A stretch of 64,000 nt of DNA from contig CANJWO010000002.1 of assembly GCA_947478685.1 (NCBI GenBank), forward strand, positions 8,926 through 72,925. The letters run 5' to 3'. A model generated the notes under the pieces. The model was given only the letters and a program-made list of their open reading frames with translations. It searched no databases and was not told the origin of the DNA. Shown here one piece after another: positions 10,437-25,479 of this stretch. This DNA comes from Chlamydiota bacterium. Lineage in GTDB: Bacteria > Chlamydiota > Chlamydiia > Chlamydiales > 2-12-FULL-49-11. The first letter of the stretch is position 1, and the number at the start of each line of letters is the position of its first letter. Both the position numbers and the translations under genes were made by a program.

Positions 10437-11455
10437 GAATCCCCCTCTATTTTCAGTATATTTTTCGAAAACTCCTTTCACTTTTCCTGATCATTCACTT
10501 TTCTGTAATGGCAGCCTATTTTTGTCTGGAGCTTTTAACCTTCTCTTCCCTCCCAAGTAATAGCAAACTTCTTTTCCATTTTTTAAGTCTATCACTCTCA
10601 AAATCTGATTTTTTTATCACATTTAGTTTTTTATTAACAGCTATTCACACCCTTCAATCACTCAAACAGCATGGTGAGCTCACAGCTCTCCAAGTTAGCG
10701 GCATTTCTAAATTTCGACTTTCCCTCCCCTTCTTTACGTTAACTCTCTTCCTTGCATTATTCTCTTGCTGGAATACAGAATATGGAGTCAGTACCGCCCT
10801 TAAATGGAAACTAAAATCCTCTCATAGAAAAAAAGCAGCTCATGTCTCCCCTTTTGAAGTAAAATATCTTCCTGACCAGAGCAGACTTATTTATCAAGAA
10901 GATGGCTCTAAAATCTTCGATCTATATTGGATTATTTCAGATAAAGAAATTTGGCATTGCAAAGAGGTCATTCAAGATAACACGCATTTAGTAGGACATT
11001 TTGTTGATATATTAAAACAAAACCCCTTAGGGCGATTCGAAAAAAGCGACTCATTTTTAAATTACAATCTTCCTTTTCTTTTTGATGATTGTGCAGAAAG
11101 ATTTATTCTTCCTGAAAAATCTCCCCTTTCAAAAGTTTATGTCTACCTTACTAATGAATCTCTAATGATATCTGTTGATAGAGCAAAGTTTTTAACCGCA
11201 TTTATTTACAAGCTCATTCATCCTTGGTTCCCCCTAATTTTTATGACTGCAATATTAGCATTTCTACTTCCCTCCAAATCAAAAAACTCTTATTTCTCCT
11301 TTTTGATTGGAATTTTTTGTTATCTTCTCTTTTATTCAATGATGAAAACTTTTACAATTCTAGGAGAGAACTATTTAATTTCTCCTTGGATTACAGTCTT
11401 TTTGGTTCCTATTGGAATACAAGGAGCATTAACATATAAGCTATGCAAAAATTAA
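10433..11455 (+). CDS. lptG: LptF/LptG-family LPS export permease
   Basis: TTG start overlaps the lptF stop by 4 nt. Same TM/periplasmic-domain architecture as lptF. Confidence 0.75.
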   Translation: MRIPLYFQYIFRKLLSLFLIIHFSVMAAYFCLELLTFSSLPSNSKLLFHFLSLSLSKSDFFITFSFLLTAIHTLQSLKQHGELTALQVSGISKFRLSLPFFTLTLFLALFSCWNTEYGVSTALKWKLKSSHRKKAAHVSPFEVKYLPDQSRLIYQEDGSKIFDLYWIISDKEIWHCKEVIQDNTHLVGHFVDILKQNPLGRFEKSDSFLNYNLPFLFDDCAERFILPEKSPLSKVYVYLTNESLMISVDRAKFLTAFIYKLIHPWFPLIFMTAILAFLLPSKSKNSYFSFLIGIFCYLLFYSMMKTFTILGENYLISPWITVFLVPIGIQGALTYKLCKN

Positions 11456-12180
11456 AATTTATACTCCCGATCACTATTCTTTTGCTTCCCCTAGCATTTT
11501 TTTTGCGCTCCCTCCCTTTTATTAAAGAAATCGACATCTCTCTGGCCTATTTTTTCAATGACATCATTCGGCTCCATCCATCCCTTCACGACACTTGCGC
11601 CTATCTAAATTCAAAAATGGGAAATTGGCTCTATGACGTTCTCATGGCCTTTTTTATCGTCCCCTATATATGTTTTGGTAAAAAAGAGAAATGGCTTGAG
11701 AGATTTGTCACTACAATATTGATAGTCGCCCTTAGCCTTCTTTGTTACTTTCTCTTCAATCGCTATCTAACAAGACATTTACATTATCAATCATTGAGTC
11801 CATCAGGTGTACTCCCAGACTTTTTCCGCCTTTCCCAGGTAATTACCTGGACAAAAGTAAAAGTATTCACTTCTGTTTCATATCCATCCGACCACGGCTC
11901 AACTATTTTTATGTTTATCCTCTCTACATTCTATTTAATGGGATCTAGAATTGGCCTTCTTTCTATATTTGCCTCAATCCCTTTTTTCCTCCCAAGATTA
12001 TTGGTAGGCGCGCACTGGTCAAGCGATTTCTTCTTAGGAAGTCTACCTCTAGCCCTTTTTAATTTAGCTTGGTTTTTTTATACCCCGATCTATAAAACCT
12101 TATTACAAACAATTCTGAGGAGCATATATGGTCTTGACGGCATCCGAAAAAAATTACAAAAAACTCTGCAATCTAGTTAG
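11443..12180 (+). CDS. PAP2-family membrane phosphatase
   Basis: PAP2 C2/C3 motifs YPSDHGS and PRLLVGAHWSSD (R-x5-H-x3-D). Multi-TM. Overlaps the lptG stop. Confidence 0.75.
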   Translation: MQKLKFILPITILLLPLAFFLRSLPFIKEIDISLAYFFNDIIRLHPSLHDTCAYLNSKMGNWLYDVLMAFFIVPYICFGKKEKWLERFVTTILIVALSLLCYFLFNRYLTRHLHYQSLSPSGVLPDFFRLSQVITWTKVKVFTSVSYPSDHGSTIFMFILSTFYLMGSRIGLLSIFASIPFFLPRLLVGAHWSSDFFLGSLPLALFNLAWFFYTPIYKTLLQTILRSIYGLDGIRKKLQKTLQSS

Positions 12181-13657
12181 ACCAGCAGCACTTCTATCTT
12201 CAGCACTAAGATTAATTGAGTGGGATCAAGAGACAAATATGCCCGCCCTCGGCATAGAACTTAAGACTGAACAGAACAAATTACTCCACGAGCTAGTTCA
12301 TAAGCAAATGACTAGTAAAAGATATGTAAAGCTCCTCTCCCAATTTATTGACATTGAAACAGGGACTCTTTTAACTACCGATTTAAAGCCAAATGAAACA
12401 GCTTCGGTCAAAGAAATGCGAAGAGACTATCTTCACACAAGTAAATTAAATAGCACCTTTCTAAAAAAATTCACAGAAGCAACTACTCTCTCACTTGATG
12501 CTTGGAAAAAAGCTCGAAAAACAAATTCATTTAAATTGTTTCTCCCCCATCTTGAAAAAATCATCTCCCTGACACGTAAAAAAGCCGATCTTCTCGGATA
12601 TCAGGAACACCCATACAATGCCCTTCTCGATATTTATGAACCTGACACAACAGTAGCGCTACTCGACCCTCTATTTGCATCATTAAAAGCTAAAATACTC
12701 CCCCTATTGCAAAAAGTCGAATCAAAACAAGATCCAAAACTTGAAAATCTCCTTAAAAACAAGATCTTTCCAGTTGAAGCCCAAAAAAAAGTTTGTTCAG
12801 ATATTCTCCTTAAAATGGGCCTAACTACTGAAAACCACCATCTTTCAGAGACAGCACACCCATTCTGTATGGCTCTATATCCAGATGATATCAGACTAAC
12901 GACACATTTTAATGAAAAAAATTTTTTACAAGCCTTCCTTGCTACCATGCATGAAGGGGGTCACGGACTTTATGAAGCAGGACTTCCAAAAGCTCATTTT
13001 GGAACACCACTTGGAGAAGCTGCTTCGCACGGCATTCATGAGAGTCAATCGCGCATCTGGGAGACCTGCATCGGTCACTCTAAACCTTTTTGGAACTACT
13101 TCTATCCAAAACTACAAGCAGCCTTTCCTGAAGCTTTAGCTCAGACCTCTCTTAACGACTTCTACGGCCATGTCAATTTTGTAAAGCCCTCACTCATCCG
13201 TATCTTTTCAGATGAAGTAACCTACAACCTCCACATCATCCTCCGCTATGAGCTTGAAAAGGGCTTTCTTGACGGCTCCCTATCACCTAAAGACCTTTCT
13301 GAACTATGGAATAGCCAAATGCAAACTCTCCTCGGCATCACCCCTGCAAATGACGCAGAAGGCTGCCTTCAAGATATCCACTGGTCTCTCGGACTTATAG
13401 GTTACTTCCCCTCTTATACACTAGGAAATCTCTACGCCGGAACACTCTTTAACTCCCTCACTAAAACCTTCCCCGATTGGGATAAGAGAATTACCTCAGG
13501 TGACCTCCTCTTCATTAAAGAGTTTTTAAACACCCACATACATCAATACGGCAGACAATTCGCACCGAAGCCCCTCGTCGAAAATCTGACTGGAGCTCCC
13601 TTCACTGCCGACCCATACATCAGTTACCTCACATCTAAATACCTTATAGTGAATTAA
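12128..13657 (+). CDS. Carboxypeptidase Taq-like metallopeptidase (M32)
   Basis: HEGGHGLYE zinc motif plus HESQSRIWE and IEWDQETNMP. Confidence 0.9.
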   Translation: MVLTASEKNYKKLCNLVRPAALLSSALRLIEWDQETNMPALGIELKTEQNKLLHELVHKQMTSKRYVKLLSQFIDIETGTLLTTDLKPNETASVKEMRRDYLHTSKLNSTFLKKFTEATTLSLDAWKKARKTNSFKLFLPHLEKIISLTRKKADLLGYQEHPYNALLDIYEPDTTVALLDPLFASLKAKILPLLQKVESKQDPKLENLLKNKIFPVEAQKKVCSDILLKMGLTTENHHLSETAHPFCMALYPDDIRLTTHFNEKNFLQAFLATMHEGGHGLYEAGLPKAHFGTPLGEAASHGIHESQSRIWETCIGHSKPFWNYFYPKLQAAFPEALAQTSLNDFYGHVNFVKPSLIRIFSDEVTYNLHIILRYELEKGFLDGSLSPKDLSELWNSQMQTLLGITPANDAEGCLQDIHWSLGLIGYFPSYTLGNLYAGTLFNSLTKTFPDWDKRITSGDLLFIKEFLNTHIHQYGRQFAPKPLVENLTGAPFTADPYISYLTSKYLIVN

Positions 13658-14313
13658 AATAAAAAAGTTCCTGAATCTTTTAGCGCCTTAATTTTTACTG
13701 AAGTTAAACCTAGGTAACCGGAAGCAGATGCAATCGCCTCAAAATGAAATTTTTCCCTATAGTACCCTGCAGCTGAATGAGTAGGATAGACTTTTAAAAT
13801 TGATCCTTCGCGAAAAGCTTGATTCACAAGCTGCTGCATAATAGCCTTTCCCGCACCACGGAATCTATTGATTGGATTGCTAGCTAAAGCGACAAGCTCC
13901 CTTTCCTTTTTATCATATAAGGCAATCGCCTGAACATTATCACATATGTCTCTACACACATACACAATAGTATCTCTTGCCTCCTTAGGATTCCGACAAA
14001 ATCCAAAAAGAGATTGTCTAATCGCCTCATAAATTCCTACAGACTCTTTCATCATGTCATCAATTTTAATAGCAAGAGTCCACCACATACCGGAGATGTC
14101 AGCAATAGATCCCCATTCTACTGCAACAGCTTTTGAAACTCTCAAATCATCCACCCTTCTAGCCGCCTCTAAAAATACTTCAGCAGCGCATAGAGATCCA
14201 CATTCTGCAATTGATGGAAAAGATTCCTCAATTCTTGGAGATTCCGATATAACCTCTTGAATTGCAAAAATCCCTAATGAAGAATCTGATAAGCTTTGCG
14301 ACAATAAATGCAT
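13654..14313 (-). CDS. GNAT-like N-acetyltransferase domain protein
   Basis: C-terminal acetyl-CoA motif RFRGAGKAIMQQLVNQA. The N-terminal ~100 aa is unassigned. Confidence 0.5.
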   Translation of the reverse strand: MHLLSQSLSDSSLGIFAIQEVISESPRIEESFPSIAECGSLCAAEVFLEAARRVDDLRVSKAVAVEWGSIADISGMWWTLAIKIDDMMKESVGIYEAIRQSLFGFCRNPKEARDTIVYVCRDICDNVQAIALYDKKERELVALASNPINRFRGAGKAIMQQLVNQAFREGSILKVYPTHSAAGYYREKFHFEAIASASGYLGLTSVKIKALKDSGTFLF

Positions 14314-14400
14314 ATTAAAATCCGAATTATTATTTTGAAAAAATATACGCTAATTAATCGTTTATCCATAACATTATTTAGCCACAGTAACAATTACTAG

Positions 14401-14565
14401 CCGCAAATGCTCATATACTGAGAGAAATTCAAAGAAAAGGAATTTTCAATGCAGAAATCCCTGATTTTGAATTAAGCGGAACTGCCGCCAAGACCGAACT
14501 CTATTTACGTAGACATGGAATAGACAACTTCAATACATATAGTCATTTAAAAATCAATTCTTGAT
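14401..14565 (+). pseudogene. Decayed fragment of the C-terminal module shared by 36436..38856 and 39892..40788
   Basis: Start-less 54-codon frame ...NAEIPDFELSGTAAKTELYLRRHGIDNFNTYSHLKINS*, compared with DTPDF...ISGKY...ETRVYLD and ISGTY...ETHVYLD. An 18-nt exact match acatatagtcatttaaaa occurs at 14536-14553 and 40773-40790. Confidence 0.35.
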
Positions 14566-14613
14566 CACTTTTCGGGAGATTTTTTAGAGAAAATCAAGCT
14601 GCTATGAATATTT

Positions 14614-14646
14614 TATAAAAAAAACCCACCATTGTAAGGTGGGTTT
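14614..14646 (-). terminator. Rho-independent terminator of rplM-rpsI
   Basis: Stem aaacccacc/ggtgggttt with a 7-nt loop, followed on the minus strand by a U-run (a-run 14614-14624 on plus). Confidence 0.7.
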
Positions 14647-14674
14647 AAATAATTTGACTGTATTGAAAATGAGA

Positions 14675-15070
14675 TTATCGTTTACAGAATTGGAATTTCT
14701 TACGAGCACCAGGTTGTCCGTACTTCTTACGCTCCCTCTTTCTTGGGTCACGTGTAAGAAAGCCTTTCTCTTTAAGAAGAGATCTACGATCTTCGTCAGC
14801 TTTTACAAGAGCTCGTGAGAGTGCGTGTCTAACAGCAACTGATTGCCCTTCTAAACCGCCACCTTGTACATTGATAACTAAATCAACGTCGGCGACATTA
14901 CAAACTTCAAGTGGTGATTTAACTACTTTTCTTTGAAGAGGAAGTGGGAAATATGCATCAAGATCTTTTCCATTTACAGTGATAACACCAGCACCTTTTC
15001 TCATGTAGATTCTAGCTACAGCAGTCTTTCTTCTTCCAGTTCCTATAGAAATGTTTACGTTTTTTTTCAT
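14675..15070 (-). CDS. rpsI: 30S ribosomal protein S9
   Basis: GTGRRKTAVARI and GGGLEGQSVAVRHALSRAL; C-terminus ends in KR. Confidence 0.97.
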   Translation of the reverse strand: MKKNVNISIGTGRRKTAVARIYMRKGAGVITVNGKDLDAYFPLPLQRKVVKSPLEVCNVADVDLVINVQGGGLEGQSVAVRHALSRALVKADEDRRSLLKEKGFLTRDPRKRERKKYGQPGARKKFQFCKR

Positions 15071-15080
15071 GTCCTACCCT

Positions 15081-15530
15081 TTAGTTTCCCGCTATAATTG
15101 GCTGTTGTGCAACCATATTATGCTGATCATCTGCATAAACGCGAAGCTTTTTTAACATTTGTCTGCCAAGTGGCGTCTTTGTCGGCATCATTCCTTTGAC
15201 AGCAAGCTCGATAATTCTCTCTGGATGTCTCTCTTTCATCATACGATAAGGAATTTCTTTAAGACCACCTGGAAAACCAGAATATCTAAAATAGATTTTT
15301 TGAGCCTCTTTTGATCCAGTTACTCTTACTTCTTTAGCATTGATGACAATTACGCCATCTCCGCAATCCATATTCGGAGTATATTGAGGCTTATGCTTTC
15401 CTCTAAGAACCTTTACAATCTCAGAAGCAAGTCTTCCTAATGTCTTACCCTTAGCGTCGAAAAGATACCAATTCAACTCAGACTGTTTCGTTTTAAAAAA
15501 TTTCGTTGGCTGCTTACCTTGCACTGACAT
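15081..15530 (-). CDS. rplM: 50S ribosomal protein L13
   Basis: [27 protein letters not shown]; directly upstream of rpsI. Confidence 0.97.
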   Translation of the reverse strand: MSVQGKQPTKFFKTKQSELNWYLFDAKGKTLGRLASEIVKVLRGKHKPQYTPNMDCGDGVIVINAKEVRVTGSKEAQKIYFRYSGFPGGLKEIPYRMMKERHPERIIELAVKGMMPTKTPLGRQMLKKLRVYADDQHNMVAQQPIIAGN

Positions 15531-15628
15531 TTTACACCTTTTAACATTTAAAAATTGAGATAGAGAATACTATGATCACCGCTTATTTGCCAAGAGAAAA
15601 CTTCCTACCCAAGCAAAGAAGAAAGAAT

Positions 15629-15714
15629 CCACCACAGAGCGCACAGAGAACACCGAGAAAAAACAACAAATTCTTCGCGCGTAGCGCCTCTGTGACCTCT
15701 GTGCTCTCTGTGGT
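15629..15714. repeat. GC-rich imperfect inverted repeat built from CACAGAG units
   Basis: The left arm is accacagagcgcacagagaacaccgag. The reverse complement of the right arm is accacagagagcacagaggtcacagag. The spacer is about 30 nt. It lies between the divergent rplM and miaB genes. Confidence 0.6.
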
Positions 15715-15797
15715 AAAAAATATTTTTATTTACATTATCCCTGATTAATTTTTCCAGGTAGCCAAAAAGAGCCTCTTTCGCATAAACTATTTGACTT

Positions 15798-21244
<5,447 letters not shown>

Positions 21245-21276
21245 AAGTAAGTTTAAACTTAAATTGGTGTATATAG

Positions 21277-22332
21277 TTACTTCTGAAATTTGTCCAGGTA
21301 GTAAATTTGACCAGGCCTAAGGACGATCTCATCTGAACGAGAAATCATTTCACCCTTTTCTTGCGGGCGATTCTTTATACGGAAGGAATCAACATCTTTC
21401 GGCCATTTGATCGCAAGCGGCCCGCTAACTAATGCCTCAATTCGAACTTTACGAAGCTTTCGTTTTGTCCACTCAAGATCAAAATTTGCCTTAGCTGTTT
21501 TCAGACCCGTCATTCTTCCATAAATGAATTGCGCAGGAAGATGAGGGAGAATTAAAACTTCACCATTTTCCTCTTTAAGAAAGAGAGAACGGATCGTCTC
21601 ATAGCTCTTATATAGTATTGCTGCTAAAGAGAACTGCGAAGGAATATCTTGACCTGAAATACCTAAACGTTTATCAATTACCCTCTTAGGGAAAAGAATA
21701 TGATTAAAATGTCTTTTTAAAAAAATATCTAACTCACCAATTATAATAGGAACCTCTACACACTCAGCTTTCTGTCCTAAGAAAAAAAGTATGGGGAGGA
21801 TCTCTTTTAAATCCCCTCTTCTTGAAACAAGTTCCCAATCAAGTTTCTTGTTCATTCCAAGAGAGAGTCTTTCTAAATGAGATTGGATAAAAGCATCCTC
21901 TGCCTGAATCTCTAAAAATTGGTCCTTTTCTAAAACCCCGCTCTTCCCATCAAATTGATAAGATATCGATTTTCCCCGTTTAAGTGAGATCATGATAGTC
22001 TTGCCAACATGTACTATCTGAAAACTAAAATAGCCCTCTTTTGCCCTTCCAAAAACTCTAACCACGTTTTTTTCTAAATCCTGCTCCAATGTAAAACCTT
22101 CCACCGGACCTGTAAGATTTAATTGAAGAGAGAAGCTCGCCTCATCGCCAAAAATCCGAATCTCTGTTGGGTAGGCTTCCACTGCCCAAGAACTGCACGG
22201 TATCATGCAACTCTCTCCAGGCTTATGCGAAAATGGTCTGAATCTATCTGCTATTTTAATCACATGAACAGTATACCTACTTTCTTCCTTTAAAAAAAAG
22301 ACCCGAATACATAATATTATTGGCATGACCAT
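21277..22332 (-). CDS. Hypothetical protein
   Basis: Long ORF without recognisable motifs. Start uncertain; next internal Met is at 22206. Confidence 0.55.
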   Translation of the reverse strand: MVMPIILCIRVFFLKEESRYTVHVIKIADRFRPFSHKPGESCMIPCSSWAVEAYPTEIRIFGDEASFSLQLNLTGPVEGFTLEQDLEKNVVRVFGRAKEGYFSFQIVHVGKTIMISLKRGKSISYQFDGKSGVLEKDQFLEIQAEDAFIQSHLERLSLGMNKKLDWELVSRRGDLKEILPILFFLGQKAECVEVPIIIGELDIFLKRHFNHILFPKRVIDKRLGISGQDIPSQFSLAAILYKSYETIRSLFLKEENGEVLILPHLPAQFIYGRMTGLKTAKANFDLEWTKRKLRKVRIEALVSGPLAIKWPKDVDSFRIKNRPQEKGEMISRSDEIVLRPGQIYYLDKFQK

Positions 22333-22963
22333 TTTTACTGCAGCATTTTCACTATTCCTCGTATATAACGTTTTAGGAAACCTGGCACTTTACATCGCTT
22401 TATTAAAGCCTTTTTCACCTCGAAGACAAAAAATTATTCTAATACGTGAAATGCTTATAGCTCTCTTTCTCCTCTTTTTATTCGGATTTTTTGGCGACAA
22501 TATCATGCACTTCTTAGGTATCAGCCATGGAATCATCGGCATTGCAGGTGGGGTGCTCCTCTTTATTGTTGCACTCACTATGGTTTTTCCAAAACAAGCC
22601 TCCGGACCTCAGGTCGACCTTCTACACGAACCTATGATTGTACCAATTGCAATTCCAGGAATGGCAGGCCCAGGAACTCTATCCGCAGTCATGCTCTATG
22701 CCACCCAATTTGACCTTGCCTGGAAAATGCCTGTAGTTATTTTACTCGCATGGATTCCCTCTCTAATCATTGTCCTAACAGCCTCATCGATAAAGAATGT
22801 TATTGGAGAGAAAGGACTGATTGCCTTTGAACGCTTCGGCGGACTCCTCATGTGCCTTGTCTCAGTCCAAATGATCGCCTCCGGCATTATCCAACAAGTA
22901 AAACTAAACTTTGACTGTACACCAAAGCCCCCTCAGGAACTCGTTACCCCCCAATCTAAATAA
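22325..22963 (+). CDS. MarC-family (UPF0056) integral membrane protein
   Basis: About 210 aa, 6 TM, with family-like blocks GISHGIIGIAGGVLLF and PIAIPGMAGPGT. Confidence 0.8.
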   Translation: MTIFTAAFSLFLVYNVLGNLALYIALLKPFSPRRQKIILIREMLIALFLLFLFGFFGDNIMHFLGISHGIIGIAGGVLLFIVALTMVFPKQASGPQVDLLHEPMIVPIAIPGMAGPGTLSAVMLYATQFDLAWKMPVVILLAWIPSLIIVLTASSIKNVIGEKGLIAFERFGGLLMCLVSVQMIASGIIQQVKLNFDCTPKPPQELVTPQSK

Positions 22964-22976
22964 AAAAGGTGTTGAA

Positions 22977-23357
22977 ATGCTACCTTGCACACTAGATCGA
23001 CACTCTCAAATAAGTGACGTTAGTAATATATTTACTGAAAATCTTAAACGAAACTATCTATCAGCTCACACTACCATCCTCTATCCAGGCGAACAGGCAA
23101 TCGATTTTTTCATCTTCATTTTCCCTCAAGCCCTAAATGATTATTTAGAAAGACTTAGCCAAGAAGCTCCCTACCCTTCCCTCCAATTTTTTGAATTATT
23201 TGTTAGCAGAATTACTGCTGAAGAAAATAATACTATAGCAAGAGGTCCCCTTCTACTAGATATAACTCCAGAAGAACGTGATAAATGCCTCCCCCTTGCT
23301 TCTTCAATATTTAAGTCATCTGATTTCTTAGCCACATTAACAAGACTCCCCTCTTAA
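22977..23357 (+). CDS. Hypothetical protein
   Basis: ORF with ATG at 22977 after aaaaggtg. No motifs. Confidence 0.35.
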   Translation: MLPCTLDRHSQISDVSNIFTENLKRNYLSAHTTILYPGEQAIDFFIFIFPQALNDYLERLSQEAPYPSLQFFELFVSRITAEENNTIARGPLLLDITPEERDKCLPLASSIFKSSDFLATLTRLPS

Positions 23358-23480
23358 ATTAGTTAATTCTCCTCAAAAAAACAGCAACGCCTTTCACACT
23401 CAAAGACAAAAAATGTGGTATAAATTATTAATTATTATATAATTGCGCGCATATCACCGAACTAACAGAAGGATTTTACT

Positions 23481-24815
23481 ATGTCATCAGCAATTGCAGC
23501 TAGCCATTTACATATAGATATAGAGAGACTTCATGATCATAAAATTATTATTGCCACAGCTTCAGGTCAATCTGGCTTCGGCGATACCGTTTGCGCAATT
23601 AAAGTTGCAACATTAATCCATGAACGTCTCGGCATTCCTGTAGCTAATATTATTCTTAATATAGCCTCTTTTGATGAATCTATAGCACGATTTAACGAAA
23701 AATACAACTTTCCGCATCACCCTGACATTTCTGCATTAAGAGATATTGACATAGCCTGCTATATAATCGCCCCCCTTAATAACACAGAAAAATTCTGTGA
23801 ATTAAAGAAAAAAATTTCTAAAGCAAGCCCGCTCCTATCTCTATCCGAGTATAATTGGGGCGATCCACTACCAAGGCTTCCAGCATCTCATGAAGGTTTT
23901 GAAGCGTTCAAAGCAGCAAGAATGGGAATAATAGTTAGCGGCGAGCCAACAGATAAAGCTGATGAAAGAGGCATTTTAATTTCAGAAGAGCTTAAAGAGT
24001 GGGGTTTGAGAGAAGATAGTACAAGTTCAATAAATAGAATCTTTCAACTTAAAAAAATCAGCCCTGATTTGACTAGAGTTATTCTAGAGACAGAAACACC
24101 TGAAGACGCGATTCTTATGGAGTTTGACGCCTCCAACAGACTCTATTACGGTTATTCTTGTTATATATCCACAGCGCTATCTTATGTCGCAGCAATTAGC
24201 AAGATAGATCAAATGAAAGATCCTATAAAAAATCCTACCCTAATTCTCCCTATTAAAATTATCTCTTTTACAGACCAAGTTGGAAAAGAAACATATCTTG
24301 GACTTTTAAAATACTTAAGAGAGCAAAATTATGGAAATCTAATTGTAAAATCGACTGCTAATAAAATATTAGAAAGCGTTAAATTTTCTGAATCCCCTAA
24401 AACAATTACTCTAATTATAGGTCCGATTTCATATTCAGACTCCCTTACATTATGGAAATGTTCTGAAGACGAGACAATAACTACGGGTGATCAAAGCTTG
24501 AGCGAGGCAATAAGTTGCATAAGAAAAAGATATGGATATGAAGCTTTACTCCACAAGACCGCTCTAAGCATAGGTTTAAGTCAAGCGTACATAAAATTTT
24601 CCGCAGAACCAGCTCCTACTTTCGGATTCGGAGCTTTTGAATCTCCATTTCCAGAAATGGCTGATAGATTAGCTTCTCTATATTCTGACCCATCTAAGGC
24701 TTTAGCTTTTACAAATTTTAATCGATCCATCATTGAGGAACAAGATTGCTCCAATTTTATTGTAGACGAGGTCTCAAAAATGCTGAGCAGTCACTTTACA
24801 GAATCCATTAAATGA
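23481..24815 (+). CDS. Hypothetical protein (orphan, AT-rich)
   Basis: 444-aa ORF. There is only weak motif-level resemblance to GT-B glycosyltransferases (ASGQSGFGDTVCAIKVATLI; ITTGDQSLSEAIS). Confidence 0.6.
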   Translation: MSSAIAASHLHIDIERLHDHKIIIATASGQSGFGDTVCAIKVATLIHERLGIPVANIILNIASFDESIARFNEKYNFPHHPDISALRDIDIACYIIAPLNNTEKFCELKKKISKASPLLSLSEYNWGDPLPRLPASHEGFEAFKAARMGIIVSGEPTDKADERGILISEELKEWGLREDSTSSINRIFQLKKISPDLTRVILETETPEDAILMEFDASNRLYYGYSCYISTALSYVAAISKIDQMKDPIKNPTLILPIKIISFTDQVGKETYLGLLKYLREQNYGNLIVKSTANKILESVKFSESPKTITLIIGPISYSDSLTLWKCSEDETITTGDQSLSEAISCIRKRYGYEALLHKTALSIGLSQAYIKFSAEPAPTFGFGAFESPFPEMADRLASLYSDPSKALAFTNFNRSIIEEQDCSNFIVDEVSKMLSSHFTESIK

Positions 24816-25479
24816 GCAAGTGATTGTCTTTAAAAGAATAGTACGATTGACCTGCGAGGATGAGGTGGTCGACGAGAGGGATGCCAAGGATTTCGCCGCA
24901 GGACGTGAGGAGTTTGGTCATGCGGAGATCAACGGCTGATGGAGTAGTGTCGCCACTTGGGTGATTGTGGGCAATGATCAGTTTGTGAGCGTGGTTGCGG
25001 AGAGCTGGAGCAAAGACTTCGCGGGGGTGGACGAGCACCTCGGTGAGGATTCCTCTGCCGATGATTTCGCGGTGATAGGGATTTAGCTTGGCATCAAGGA
25101 GGAGAACTGCGAGCAGTTCTTGTTTTTCCCCATAGAAAAGATCGATTAGGGCTTTGTGGGCATTGAGTGATGTGAGAACGGGAGCGCGTTCTTGTTTAGT
25201 AGTGGCGAGCAGTTTTTTTGCTAGCCCAAAGACAGCTTTAAGTTCTATCGCTTTAGCTTTACCGATCCCTTTTATTTGAATAAGATCGGAGATGGAGGCG
25301 TCCACAAGGGCTTCTAGATCGCCGAAATGATTTAGAAGCGTTTCTCCGAGGTCGATTGCAGAGATCCCTTTTGTACCGCTCCCTAAAATAATAGCCAATA
25401 GCTCACTTACTTTAAGAGCGGATACGCCGTGCTCAAGGAGCCTCTCTCTAGGCCTCTCCTCGAGAGGGATGTTCATCAT
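24808..25479 (-). CDS. radC: RadC-family JAB-domain protein
   Basis: ERPRERLLEHG N-terminus, HhH region, JAMM motif HNHPSGD. Confidence 0.9.
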   Translation of the reverse strand: MMNIPLEERPRERLLEHGVSALKVSELLAIILGSGTKGISAIDLGETLLNHFGDLEALVDASISDLIQIKGIGKAKAIELKAVFGLAKKLLATTKQERAPVLTSLNAHKALIDLFYGEKQELLAVLLLDAKLNPYHREIIGRGILTEVLVHPREVFAPALRNHAHKLIIAHNHPSGDTTPSAVDLRMTKLLTSCGEILGIPLVDHLILAGQSYYSFKDNHLLI

